From contig CP060765.1 in NCBI GenBank assembly GCA_023205875.1, positions 496,001 to 560,000 on the forward strand: 64,000 nt of DNA. Direction: 5' to 3'. The position numbers and the translations under genes are program-made. A model generated the notes under the pieces. It searched no databases. It worked only from the letters and a program-made list of their open reading frames with translations, and was not told where the DNA came from. Below are positions 21,127 to 31,300 of the stretch, one piece after another (the first letter of the stretch is position 1; each line of letters begins with the position of its first letter). Source of the stretch: Chloropicon primus. Taxonomy: Eukaryota.

Positions 21127-22875
21127 ATGGAGCCACTGCCAGGTTTCGTGAGCGGGGAGGACCTCCTGACGGGGGTCAACGAGTGGAGGAACATCCAGGA
21201 TGTGGTGCGGCTTACGCTCAAGTCCTTCCACGACGTTCTCAAGTCCCAGGCTCAGACCATCCACGACTTGAGGCAGGAGCTGGACGCCAAGGTGAGCACG
21301 AGCGACTTCCTTGACCTGAAGGAGAGGCAGGCGAAGACGGAGGAGCGCGTGGAGGAGCTGGAGGCCCAGATGCGGAGGGTGGACGAGGCCCTGATCGAGC
21401 GACCAAGCAGGAAAGAGCTCCTGTCAGAGCTGCAGAAGAGGGTGACGCGAGTGGAGCACTCGGTGAAGGCCAGCAGCCACGAGAGCAAAAACCAAGTGCT
21501 GAGCGCCATGTCAGAGCTGCAGGAGACCGTGAGCTCCGAGCTCAAGTCTCTGAAGACGCAAATGAGGGCCAAGGTGAGCATGGAGCGGTTTCGCACGGAG
21601 ATGGAGGCGAGGGCCACCGTCGCTGAGATAGGAGAGCTGCTGGACAGCAAGGTGGACAGGGGGATGCTGAGCAAGAGCGTGGAGAAGCTTCGGAGCAACT
21701 TCAGCAGCGAGCTCTTGAGGAAGGCTGACAAGGAGAAGACGGAGAGGCAGCTCGCCAGAATCGAGGGGGAGGTCAACGACTTGTCGAAACTCAATGGTGC
21801 TTCGCTGAAAGACATGATGAAGTCCAAGGCGGACGCAAAGTCGGTGAAGATGGTGAAGGAAGTCCTCGCCGAGGAGATACAGAGCGTGAGGAAGCAACAG
21901 CATGAGATGGAGCTAAGGATAGACGCTGACAGTCAGACTGCTGCGGGGGCATTCAAGTCGATCAGCGCTTCGTTCGACAGCCACATCACTGATCTGCAGC
22001 AGATCGTAGACGAGCAGGCTTTCGGAGTCAGCGGCCTGAAGGACATTCTCGAACACCGCATTGCGGCCACCCAGGGGGCCCTCGACACCATCAAGTCGAG
22101 GCTGGACGAGATGGTCGGCATGGAGGAGTTCGAAAAAATCGCCAAGGAGAAGGTTGACGTCGCGGCGATGAACGAGATTCTGGAGGACAGGCTGGGAGAG
22201 AAAGCCAGCCGAGAGAACGTCGACAAGATATCCGAAAGGCTAGATCGCCTGCAACTGATGACGGACTGCAGGGGACCGGACCTCAACAGCACGACGGTGG
22301 AAGACATTTGCACGGTCTTGGACAGGAAGGTCAACACGGACGACATCAACTCGGTCCTGGAAACGATACAGAACGACATTGATAGCAAGATTGACGTGAA
22401 AATGTTTCAAAAGGCGGTGAGGGACCAAAGCCTGATCAACGCCTCGATCTGCATCGATAGCTGCGTGGGGAGGTGGATCTGGAAGACGGGCAGGACCAAG
22501 GCGGGGCACCTAATACCGTGGAACGGGCAGGTCTTGAACACGGACGCCACAAACTTTGGCTGGGAGAAGGACAGGACAACCATCTTGGTCGCGGATCCGG
22601 GCCTGTACGAGATCAACTTCTGTTTCTTTGCCAGGAAGAAGCCTGTTCTGCAGCTGCTGGTGAACGGGGAGGCCGTCATAGAATCGAACAACGTCTCCTC
22701 TTACATTGCCCACCGCGCGTCGGGGAGCTGGGTTGGCGTTGGGAGGCACTCGACAGGGTGCGTGACGGGACTCTCTTTGGTGGAGTTCTTGTCTCTGCCG
22801 CCAAAGGCCCGAGTCTCTGTGACTTACCAGGGGGACGACAACGTCCAGGGCTTTCTCGGGCTGCGCAAAATTTAA
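21127..22875 (+). CDS. Long coiled-coil protein with C-terminal beta-rich C1q/TNF-like domain
   Basis: About 420 aa of heptad-rich helix, then GRWIW...IPWNGQVLN...PGLYEINFCFF...LLVNGE...FLSLPPKARVSVTY...GFLGLRKI. TGTAA follows the stop. Confidence 0.75.
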   Translation: MEPLPGFVSGEDLLTGVNEWRNIQDVVRLTLKSFHDVLKSQAQTIHDLRQELDAKVSTSDFLDLKERQAKTEERVEELEAQMRRVDEALIERPSRKELLSELQKRVTRVEHSVKASSHESKNQVLSAMSELQETVSSELKSLKTQMRAKVSMERFRTEMEARATVAEIGELLDSKVDRGMLSKSVEKLRSNFSSELLRKADKEKTERQLARIEGEVNDLSKLNGASLKDMMKSKADAKSVKMVKEVLAEEIQSVRKQQHEMELRIDADSQTAAGAFKSISASFDSHITDLQQIVDEQAFGVSGLKDILEHRIAATQGALDTIKSRLDEMVGMEEFEKIAKEKVDVAAMNEILEDRLGEKASRENVDKISERLDRLQLMTDCRGPDLNSTTVEDICTVLDRKVNTDDINSVLETIQNDIDSKIDVKMFQKAVRDQSLINASICIDSCVGRWIWKTGRTKAGHLIPWNGQVLNTDATNFGWEKDRTTILVADPGLYEINFCFFARKKPVLQLLVNGEAVIESNNVSSYIAHRASGSWVGVGRHSTGCVTGLSLVEFLSLPPKARVSVTYQGDDNVQGFLGLRKI

Positions 22876-22949
22876 CTTGTCGATTTGTAACAAAAGCTTA
22901 TACCCACACAAACAAGCAAAGGGATTCTTTCTCTTCTCTTGAACCAAAA

Positions 22950-24736
22950 TCACTTGAACATGTCCTCGATCTCCTCCAAGGACTTCCCTTTGGTTTCCGG
23001 GACGAAGGCGAAGATCACTGTAACCGCCGCGACGGCAATCAGTCCAAAGGCGATGTAAGTGTTTTGAGCCCCGAGGACGGACTGGACTGTGGGCAAGACC
23101 AGGGACACGAGGAAGTTTGATCCAAAATTCGCAAAGGATGCCAGGGCTATGGCAGAGCTCCGCACGGCGAGTGGGAAGACCTGCGAATGGAATGGGAGAA
23201 GTGGGGGGAAGGGTGGTCAGATCAAAAAAACATTCTGAGAAAGCCAGTAGCCTCGGAATTTGGACTCACCTCGCCAACGATGAGCCAGCTGACAGGTCCA
23301 AAGCTGACTTGGTAGCACCCCACGTAAAGCAGGAGGGCCACCACGCTGAGCACTGGCGCCTTGACGGCTCCGAGCACAAAGAGCGACACGGCCATCCCCG
23401 CGACCCCGGTGAGGAGGAGGGGCCTCCTCCCGTAAACGTCCACCGTGAACACGGCGATGCCAGTCATCAAAAGCTTGAAGATTCCGAGGACGACGCTGAC
23501 GGCGGTCGCGCTCTCCGCGGCGGCAAAGCCCGCATCCTGGAATATCTTTGTGGCATAGTAGAGAACCGAAGGCTGCCCCGTGATCTGCTGGAAGACCATC
23601 AGGGACATCCCGATCAACAGAGGCCTCAAGTTCTCCTTCCTCAGCAGAGCACTGAAGCCGGCAGCTCTTTCCTGCCCTTTCCCCTCCGCAGGAGGTGCAG
23701 AACCTGCGCCAGACACCATGAGATCCACCTCCAGCTCGAGAGCTTCCTCCTGCTCCCCCGGGCCCCTCAGCTTTCTGAGCGACGCGAGGACTGCCTCTCT
23801 TGGCTGGCGCCTGAGCAGCAACCACCTTGGACTCGCGGGCAGCCAGAACATGCCGGAAAAGAGCACCACGGCGACCGGAGCTGCAATCAAGTAGATCGTC
23901 CTCCAGCCCTGAATTTTGGAAACGAAAAGGAAGGATGCCAAGTACCCGAGCAGAATCCCTAGAACGATGAGGACCTCCTTGAGTGAGATCAGCAGTCCCC
24001 TGACGTCCTGCGGAGACGTCTCTGCAATGTACGCAGGAGCTCCGTGCATCGCAAACCCAATCCCGAGTCCGTACATCAGGCGGCCGACGAGAAGCAGAGC
24101 ATAGCTAGATGCTTCCCCCTCCACGATGGTGCCAGCAAAGTACAAGCACGCCGCAAGCATGATCTCCCGACGCCTCCCTAGGCTGTCTCCCACAAAGAAG
24201 GCCGCAACCGAGCTAACCAGCGCGCCGAAGAGGGACGATGATACAACGAGCCCAGACTGGATGGGTGTCAGTTCGAACCAGGAGACGCCACCGGTGGACT
24301 CCGTCGTGAGTGAGACGAGGGCCCCGGACGTCGCGCCGATGTCATACCCGAACAGGAGCCCCCCGAGAGCCGGGAAAAGGAAAGCCACAGCAATCCGAAA
24401 CCAGTTGTTGTTGTTGCTGCTTCTGCTGCCGCCTTTCTCGCCCGATGGCGTCGGCACGTCGCTCGTTCCCCTCGCCGCGACCCCTCGCCGCAACCTGGAA
24501 CCAAGCTGATGATGATGATGATGATGATGATGTTGATGATGATGATGATGTTGATGGTGTTGATGACTCGGAACGCTGCAGCAGGACGACGACGAAGTTT
24601 CCCCGGGCAGCAGCGTCGTTCCCAAGGAGGCCTTCTGCCTCGCGGTCGACCTCTCCCCCTTCCGAGGCGTGGACCTTGGCCACGCCAACCCCCTGGTGGT
24701 CCCCTTGCCCAACCTCCTGGTTGCCTCTCCCGCCAT
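22950..24736 (-). CDS. MFS sugar porter, D-xylose-proton symporter-like (VGT/plastid type), 2 exons
   Basis: complement(join(22950..23180,23270..24736)). GGLLFGYDIGATSGA, GDSLGRRRE, YIAETSP, FQQITGQPSVLYY, GPVSWLIVGEVFP and PETKGKSLEEIE. N-terminal extension contains poly-His. Start is uncertain. Confidence 0.92.
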
Positions 24737-25010
24737 CGAGAGCCTGGGTTCTGCTGAGATAGAGATGGTGGATGATGTTGATGTGAGGCAAAAGGAGAGG
24801 AGAGGAGAGGAGGGTAGGAGGGGCAGAGGGAAGACTTCTACGTGGTGTTGCCCTTCAACCCTGTTCCTGGTCTTCTTCCCTTTCTTTGTCCTTGCCATGC
24901 CACGCGAAAGGGGAGCAGGAGACGGGTGATGAATGAGATGACGCAAAAGGGGTTTGGCTTTGGGTGGATTACAAAGTTTGCTTGTGTTGCGCGGAAATGC
25001 GGCAGCGGTC

Positions 25011-25945
25011 TTAGTACTTTTCGCTCCTGCCGGAGCAGCAGAAGGTGATGCACATCACGATCCAGCCGAGAATCGCCCAACCGACGGCACCAACAAAGAC
25101 CCACCAGCTCCAGCCCCACATGTTGGCAACGTTCGTCCACCCCGCCTCAAGCGAGGCACCGAATTGGTCCCAAACGAAGTCTTGGCTTCCGGAGATGCCG
25201 CTGAGCATGCCGATGAAGACGCCGATGGCACAAATTCCGGCGGAGATCTGCAACGACTTCATGAAGTGGGAGCACCCCGCGGCGGCCCCTCTTCCCGGCT
25301 TGTGGGCGGCGAGGGCGAGGATGGTGAAGAACCCGAGGCCGCAGAAGCAAGCCACGAGGCCCCTCGTGCTCTGCACGAACAGCGTGTAGTCCTTCGCGTC
25401 CGTGGCCCCGACGGGGAGCGAGCTGTAGTAGTTCATGACCGCGGTCTGGTCGTTGATGGGGGTGCACTCGTCGTTCGAGGTGAATATCCACGAGCTCGGG
25501 CTCTGAATCTGCTCCGGGATGCTCTCGATCTGGCTCACGATGTTCTGCCCCGTCTCCGAGGCGTTGGACGTCCCGCCGCCGGAGGACAGGACCTCCTCAC
25601 AGTTGGTCAACGCCGTGCCCTTGCCGGTGCACACCTGAAAACACAACAAAAAACACAAAACACAGAGAGAGAGAGAAGAGAGAGGAGAGAGAGAGAGAGA
25701 GAGATAAATTGGTGGAGACAAGAGCGCTGTCAATGAGATGGCAGAGAAAGAGGGGGAGAGAGGGCCAACCGCTCGCTCTCGTGGCTCCTTACCGTCCACA
25801 ATCCCGCTCCTTGAATTCCGAGTATGCAAGCCGTTCCCGGGTTGTTGGGCACAATCCACGCGTTCGTCGCCAAGGCCACCAACCCCGCCACAATTGCGAT
25901 AAGCTCCCACACCGTGAACACGATAATTCCGCAGCACGTCGCCAT
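25011..25945 (-). CDS. Four-TM claudin/PMP22-superfamily-like membrane protein (2 exons)
   Basis: complement(join(25011..25634,25793..25945)), intron GTAAGG...TTTCAG. TM1 ends ALATNAW, then GLWTVC...C, three more hydrophobic helices, GWSW before TM4, and a Cys-Cys tail. Confidence 0.75.
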
Positions 25946-26021
25946 GGTGCCCTCTGTCTCTCTCTCACTCTCTCTTCAGCGCCGCCTCAAGCCTCTCGTC
26001 TCCGTCTCGTCTCCGTCCTCG

Positions 26022-26054
<33 letters not shown>

Positions 26055-26389
26055 TCGTCGTCTTCTCCTCGTCTCGGCGCGAAACTGATTTTTAGGGTTT
26101 CCGTTACAAACCTCCTTCGCCGAATAAAATGACGACGAGAACGACCTCATCTCATCTTTGGCAAGAAAGGACGACGAACGATGGAGGTTCTCGGTCTCGG
26201 TGGAAGAACAACCCAACCCAGCAAGCGAACCTCGTGCCAGTGTCTTTGTCTTTGTCTTTCCATCGCCTCTTCTGTGTCCTCTCCTCTCACAGTGGGTGGG
26301 GTGGGTGGGATGCATCATGCATTGCCTTGCTCTCCTGGAGGTTCGTGTCGGAGCAGCCAGCCAGGCCGACAATTGCCAGGGCGGGAGCA

Positions 26390-26684
26390 CCACGAAGGAT
26401 TCAGGGTTTCCCCACCATCGTCCTGTCACTCCTCTCTCCCTCTCTCTGCCTCTCTCTGCCTCTCAACCGTTGATGCTGATCGCCGATCATCGATGGATCC
26501 AGCAGCAGCCGGGGAGAGAAGCAGAGAAGCAATGCAAGGGCTTGGGCCCCACGAAGGATTCAGGGTTTCCCCACCATCGTCCTGTCACTCCTCTCTCCCT
26601 CTCTCTGCCTCTCTCTGCCTCTCAGTTGTTGATGCTGATCGCCGATCATCGATGGATCCAGCAGCAGCCGGGGAGAGAAGCAGA
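26390..26684. repeat. Near-perfect tandem duplication (~135 bp unit, 159 bp period)
   Basis: CACGAAGGATTCAGGGTTTCCCCACCATCG...GGGGAGAGAAGCAGA at ~26390-26525 and ~26549-26684. The copies differ mainly at ACC/GTT. Confidence 0.95.
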
Positions 26685-26698
26685 ACCAGAAACAGAAG

Positions 26699-28258
26699 AT
26701 GGAGGAGGGCGGGCAGCTTCATGGGAAGCCGTACGAGTGGAGGGCGGGGGAGGAGCCTTCGAGGTTCGTGGACGAGAGGTCGTCGATCCTGCCCCTGGTG
26801 AAGGAGGCGGACAGGAAAGCGAGGACAGGGAAGGCTCTGCTGAAACAGATGCTCGCGCCCTTGACTGTGGAGGACTTCGAGGCAAACCACTATCAGAAGA
26901 GCGCCGCCCTGATCAAGAGGAGCGAGTGCCTCGACTTTTACTCCAATTACTTTACGCTCGAGTCCCTGCAGTCCATACTGCGCTCGAACGACCTCCAGTT
27001 CATGGAGAACCTGACCCTGAACAAGATCGTCACGAAGAAGGGGAAGAGGGTGAGGCGTAACGTGAACTCGAATTACGACGGGACGAGCGATTACGTCAAG
27101 CACAAGGACGTGTGGCGACGGGTGAACGAGGATGGATGCAGCATGAGGGTCCTCCACCCGCAGAGGTACTCCCCGAAGCTGCTGCGGATGATCGTGGCCC
27201 TGGAGGAGCACTTCGAGTGCCTTGTCGGCTGCAACCTGTACTACACGCCACCGGGGTCTCAGGGCTTCGCCGCTCACTATGACGACGTGGACGTCTTCGT
27301 GTTGCAGGTCAAGGGGAAGAAGACTTGGTCCCTGTTCCCATCGCCGTCCGAGCAGGACATCCTGCCCCTGTTCTCGTCCAACGATTTCGATGAGGAAGAC
27401 TTGGGAAAGCCCACAGAGGTGGAGATCCAGCCGGGGGACCTGCTGTACCTCCCGAGGGGGGCCATTCACCGGGCCAGGACGGGGTCGAGCGAGAGTTCCT
27501 TGCACTTGACGATAAGTGCAAACCACTTGCACACGTGGGCCAACCTCTTGGAGCACGCTCTGCCCGAGGCTCTGAGGGAGGCGTCGACGAACTGCGTTGC
27601 CCTGCGCCAGACGCCCCCCAGAGGCTACTTCAAGTACATGGGTGCCAGCAATGCCGATACCCTCGACGCGAAAAGGCAGGAGTTTTTGGCCAAGGCGGAG
27701 GGCCTCTCTGCCTTGGTCCTGGACTACGTCACGAGCGGCTCCGCCGGGGATGAGGGGGACGACACTCCGATGGACCACGCCGTGGACCGGATGAACGCAA
27801 AGTTCCAGGAGGGGAGGATGTTTCCGCTGTTCGGAAAGGGGGTTCGCACGCCAGGCGGCAACGGCAAGAGGAAGCTGGCCGACCCTGACGACCAGGAGCT
27901 GGTCAAGCTGGATCCCCAGACGGAGCTTCAGCTGAGGAAGCAGGGCTGCGCGAGGCTGATGGTGGAGGGGGAGAGGGCGATCCTGTCGCACTGCTTCAAC
28001 AACTCCATAGAGGACCACGCCTCGGGAGTGGAGAGGCAGTGGGCGAACAACCCCGCAACGGACAGCCGCTTGGGGTTTCAGATCGAGGATGCGGGCCTGC
28101 TGGAGGCGATCACAAGGGCCATCAAGCCATCGAAAGTGGAGGACTTTCCCGTGGAGAAGGGAGAGGAGGACGTTCGCAACGAAATTCTCAACGCCGCCCT
28201 CACTGCGGGAATCCTCGAGATCGTGTCCCCAAACAAGGACAAGAAGCAGAGAGTCTGA
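26699..28258 (+). CDS. RIOX1: JmjC ribosomal oxygenase / histone demethylase (NO66/RIOX1 family)
   Basis: GCSMRVLHPQ, GCNLYYTPPGSQGFAAHYDDVDVFVLQVKGKKTW, PGDLLYLPRGAIHRA and SLHLTIS. The HxD...H metal triad is intact. Confidence 0.92.
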   Translation: MEEGGQLHGKPYEWRAGEEPSRFVDERSSILPLVKEADRKARTGKALLKQMLAPLTVEDFEANHYQKSAALIKRSECLDFYSNYFTLESLQSILRSNDLQFMENLTLNKIVTKKGKRVRRNVNSNYDGTSDYVKHKDVWRRVNEDGCSMRVLHPQRYSPKLLRMIVALEEHFECLVGCNLYYTPPGSQGFAAHYDDVDVFVLQVKGKKTWSLFPSPSEQDILPLFSSNDFDEEDLGKPTEVEIQPGDLLYLPRGAIHRARTGSSESSLHLTISANHLHTWANLLEHALPEALREASTNCVALRQTPPRGYFKYMGASNADTLDAKRQEFLAKAEGLSALVLDYVTSGSAGDEGDDTPMDHAVDRMNAKFQEGRMFPLFGKGVRTPGGNGKRKLADPDDQELVKLDPQTELQLRKQGCARLMVEGERAILSHCFNNSIEDHASGVERQWANNPATDSRLGFQIEDAGLLEAITRAIKPSKVEDFPVEKGEEDVRNEILNAALTAGILEIVSPNKDKKQRV

Positions 28259-28301
28259 AGAAATCAATAACTTTATTACACCCGCGTGTCGACGGATTCT
28301 T

Positions 28302-31300
28302 TCACATCCTGCTCTGGACGAACTCCATGGCCTTCTGCTTGACAAGTTCGATGCTGCGGTCGTCGCCGTGGACCATCTCGTACTCCATGTACTTCTTGAA
28401 GATGAACTTCATCTTCTTCACGGGGATCTCCATGTGGATGATCCGCTCGAAGAGGTTCTTGATGCGCTGTTGCTCCCCCAGCTTGATCTCTTGGTCAATG
28501 TAAACGCTCCAGAGGTCCGTGCGCTTAGGGTAGCTCTTGAGAATGCTCTCGAACATGTGCCTGGCCTGCTCGTGGTAACTGTGCTTGTAGTACAGAAGAG
28601 CGGACCTGGAGATGACCATGGTCTGCTCCTTGGCCTCAAGAGACTTCAAGCTCCTATCCATGAGCTTGCCCGCGACCTTCTCCCTCTTCTGGGAGATGTG
28701 GTACTCGATACAGGCAAGCCAGATTTCAGGGTCATCCCTGAACTTCTTGCACATGGTATTCAGGAGCTGCTGGGCCAGCTCGTCCTTTGCCTTCTCCTTG
28801 AGGATGGACAAGAGAGCCAAGTGGAACTTCTTGCTGTCGTTGTAGGGCAGCCCCCTCTTGAAGAGCTGCATTGCGGACTCCTCCGGCGGGTTCCCGTGCT
28901 CAAACTCCAGGTTCAGGTAAGCGACCCAAACGTTGTGCTTCTCCTCCTGCTCCCTGTAGTTGATGACCTCGAGGGCCCGCTCTGCCACTTTCCTGGCCTC
29001 ATCCACCTCCCTCAGGGACAGCAGGAAAGCCATGTAGCCGATCCAGGTGTACGAGTCGTTAGGGGACGTCAGCACGAGCCTCTCGTAGTCCGCCTTCGAG
29101 TTCGGGTCCGCTGACCCGTTCAGCCGGGCCAGCTCCGCCGCCCTAACCTCGGCCTCCTTCTTCTTTCTCGGTTTTCCAGGAGCTGCCTCTGGTGCATCGG
29201 ATGCCTCCGCCTGCTTTGGCACGTCAAAATCCGTCCAGGTCTCCTCCTCCTCGGTCTGCGTCATGGCTTTACCCTCCCCCTTCATCTCATTCAAGAGCTG
29301 GCGCTGCTGATCAAGCTCATCGTCGCTCTCGTCCATCTCTCCGTCTTCGTGGTTCTTGAGATCAAACATGACCTCATCCTGAATCTTTGCCTCCTCATCC
29401 ACAGCCTCGAGGTCGCTGTCTTCCTCCATGCTCTCCCCCTCTATCTTTCCCAGGCCCTTCATCGACAGGTATATCCTGTGTTTAGCATCATCAACCTTCG
29501 TCACAGCAACCTGCACTTGATCTCCAACGCTCACCACGCTGGACACGGACTTCACGTAGTCCGTGCCAAGCTCAGAGATGTGAATCAGGCCGGTCAGCTT
29601 CTTCTCCTCAATGTAGCAGAAGGCTCCATACTTCTCAAGTCTTGTGATTCTTCCTCTGAGGACGTCCCCCTCGGAGACCGAGGACACCTTTCCCTTCTCT
29701 TGCCTGTCGTCCCTCAGGGTGACCTCCATCTGCTTCCTGTCCTCGTTCACGTCCACGACCTTTCCTCGGACGAACTTGCCGCGAGGGAACTCTTGCTTGG
29801 GGTCCACGATGAACTTATTCGACAAATTTTTCAGCTTGATGTGGGCGTGCACGTGGCGGGAGAGGCTCACAAAACAACCCTTGGGGGTGACATTCTTGAC
29901 GTAGCCGCAAACCTCCTGACCCACTTGGAAGTCCGTGACATGCCTGGCAACATTCTTTGCTTCGGTGCTGCTCACCGTCTCCAAGAAACCCAACTCAAGC
30001 TGGCTTCCTTTGGCCTCGAGGACCTTGCATTCCAGGGCCTGTCCCACTCGAATCCCCTTGAAGGGCCTCTCCACATTTCCTGGCCGCATGGCATCCGTGA
30101 TGAAGACCCTGCCAAACCTCTTGGCGCTGATCTGGACCAGGACGAAAAGCTCGGACACCTTTGTTGCGATTCCACTGATGACGCTCCCGGGGCTGACTTT
30201 GCCCTTCTTCTCGTCGCGCATGCTGAGATCAATGCTCTTGAGGTCCCTGTCCGCTTTAGCGATTTTGCAAGTGATTTTGTCGCCAAGGCAAAACCTCTCC
30301 TTGAAGTCCCGCAGCTGCTTGAAGTCGTGGGAAGAGTCCAGAATGTGCAGCCTGCCCCTCACGTTCCTCGAGAACACGACCCAAAGGTAGTCGTCCACGA
30401 CCTCCTGGACGATTCCAACAGCTTTCTTTCCTTGCTCGAGCTTGTTCCCCTCGACATCAGTGGCCGGTCCTTCCAAGTCAGTGTCATCCCTCGTGGAGAC
30501 CTCAAAGTGTCTGTAATGGCTGCTGTCGGCAGAATCCCAGCCCAAAACTCTGACTCTCATCTCCTTCCCAAAGGCGAGGCTGGCCATGTCATCAATTTTG
30601 GCGAGCTCGCTGATGTGCAAGCGGCCCTTGATGTTGTTCTTCAACCGCAAGCTGATCTGCAAGGGCTGCACGGATTCCACGACCCCAGTGGTCCAAGTTC
30701 CAGGCTCCATCCTGCCAGAGCCCTTCTTTTCTTTCGAGAAAGCCTTCTTCTTGATTGGCTTTGTCGTCAGAATGATCCTTCCATTCGTGGCGTGCGACGG
30801 ACCCTCGCTCACCGTGCACTTGATCTTCTGATTGCACTGGAAGTACTCGTGAGAGTCGATCATCTGCTGGTTCATTGACTTGAAGCACACAAAAGCAATG
30901 GCGTTCTTGAGACTTGGCAACGATGCCACGAGGCAGTTCTCGTGCACCAGCTGAACCGTGGCGTCCACGCTGCTCCCCTTCTTCAACGACTTGTCGCCCG
31001 GTCTCAACGTCGTGAAATCTTGCTTCATGCTCAGGTCGATGTAACCGGCAATCTTGTCAAAGTCGAGGACCGTGGTCGTGATCTTCTCGCCCTCATTCAA
31101 CTGCCTGGTCGCGTGGTCATGGGTAATCAGCCCAATCAGATCGCCGTGCCCGTCAATGTCGCACACGACGCCATAGTCCTTTTTGCTGTTGACGGTACAC
31201 GAGACTTTGGTTCCAACTTCCAGCTCGCCGAAATCAGAGCTTCCCTTCCCCAGCTCCTTGCTAGTTTGGTAGGCGACGTTGGTGTTCTTCCAAATTGAGG

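Noticed and set aside
26390..26684. Direct repeats as a CRISPR array or LTRs
   Set aside because: Only two long copies with a ~24-nt gap. There is no spacer array, cas gene, TG...CA ends or internal retroelement ORF.
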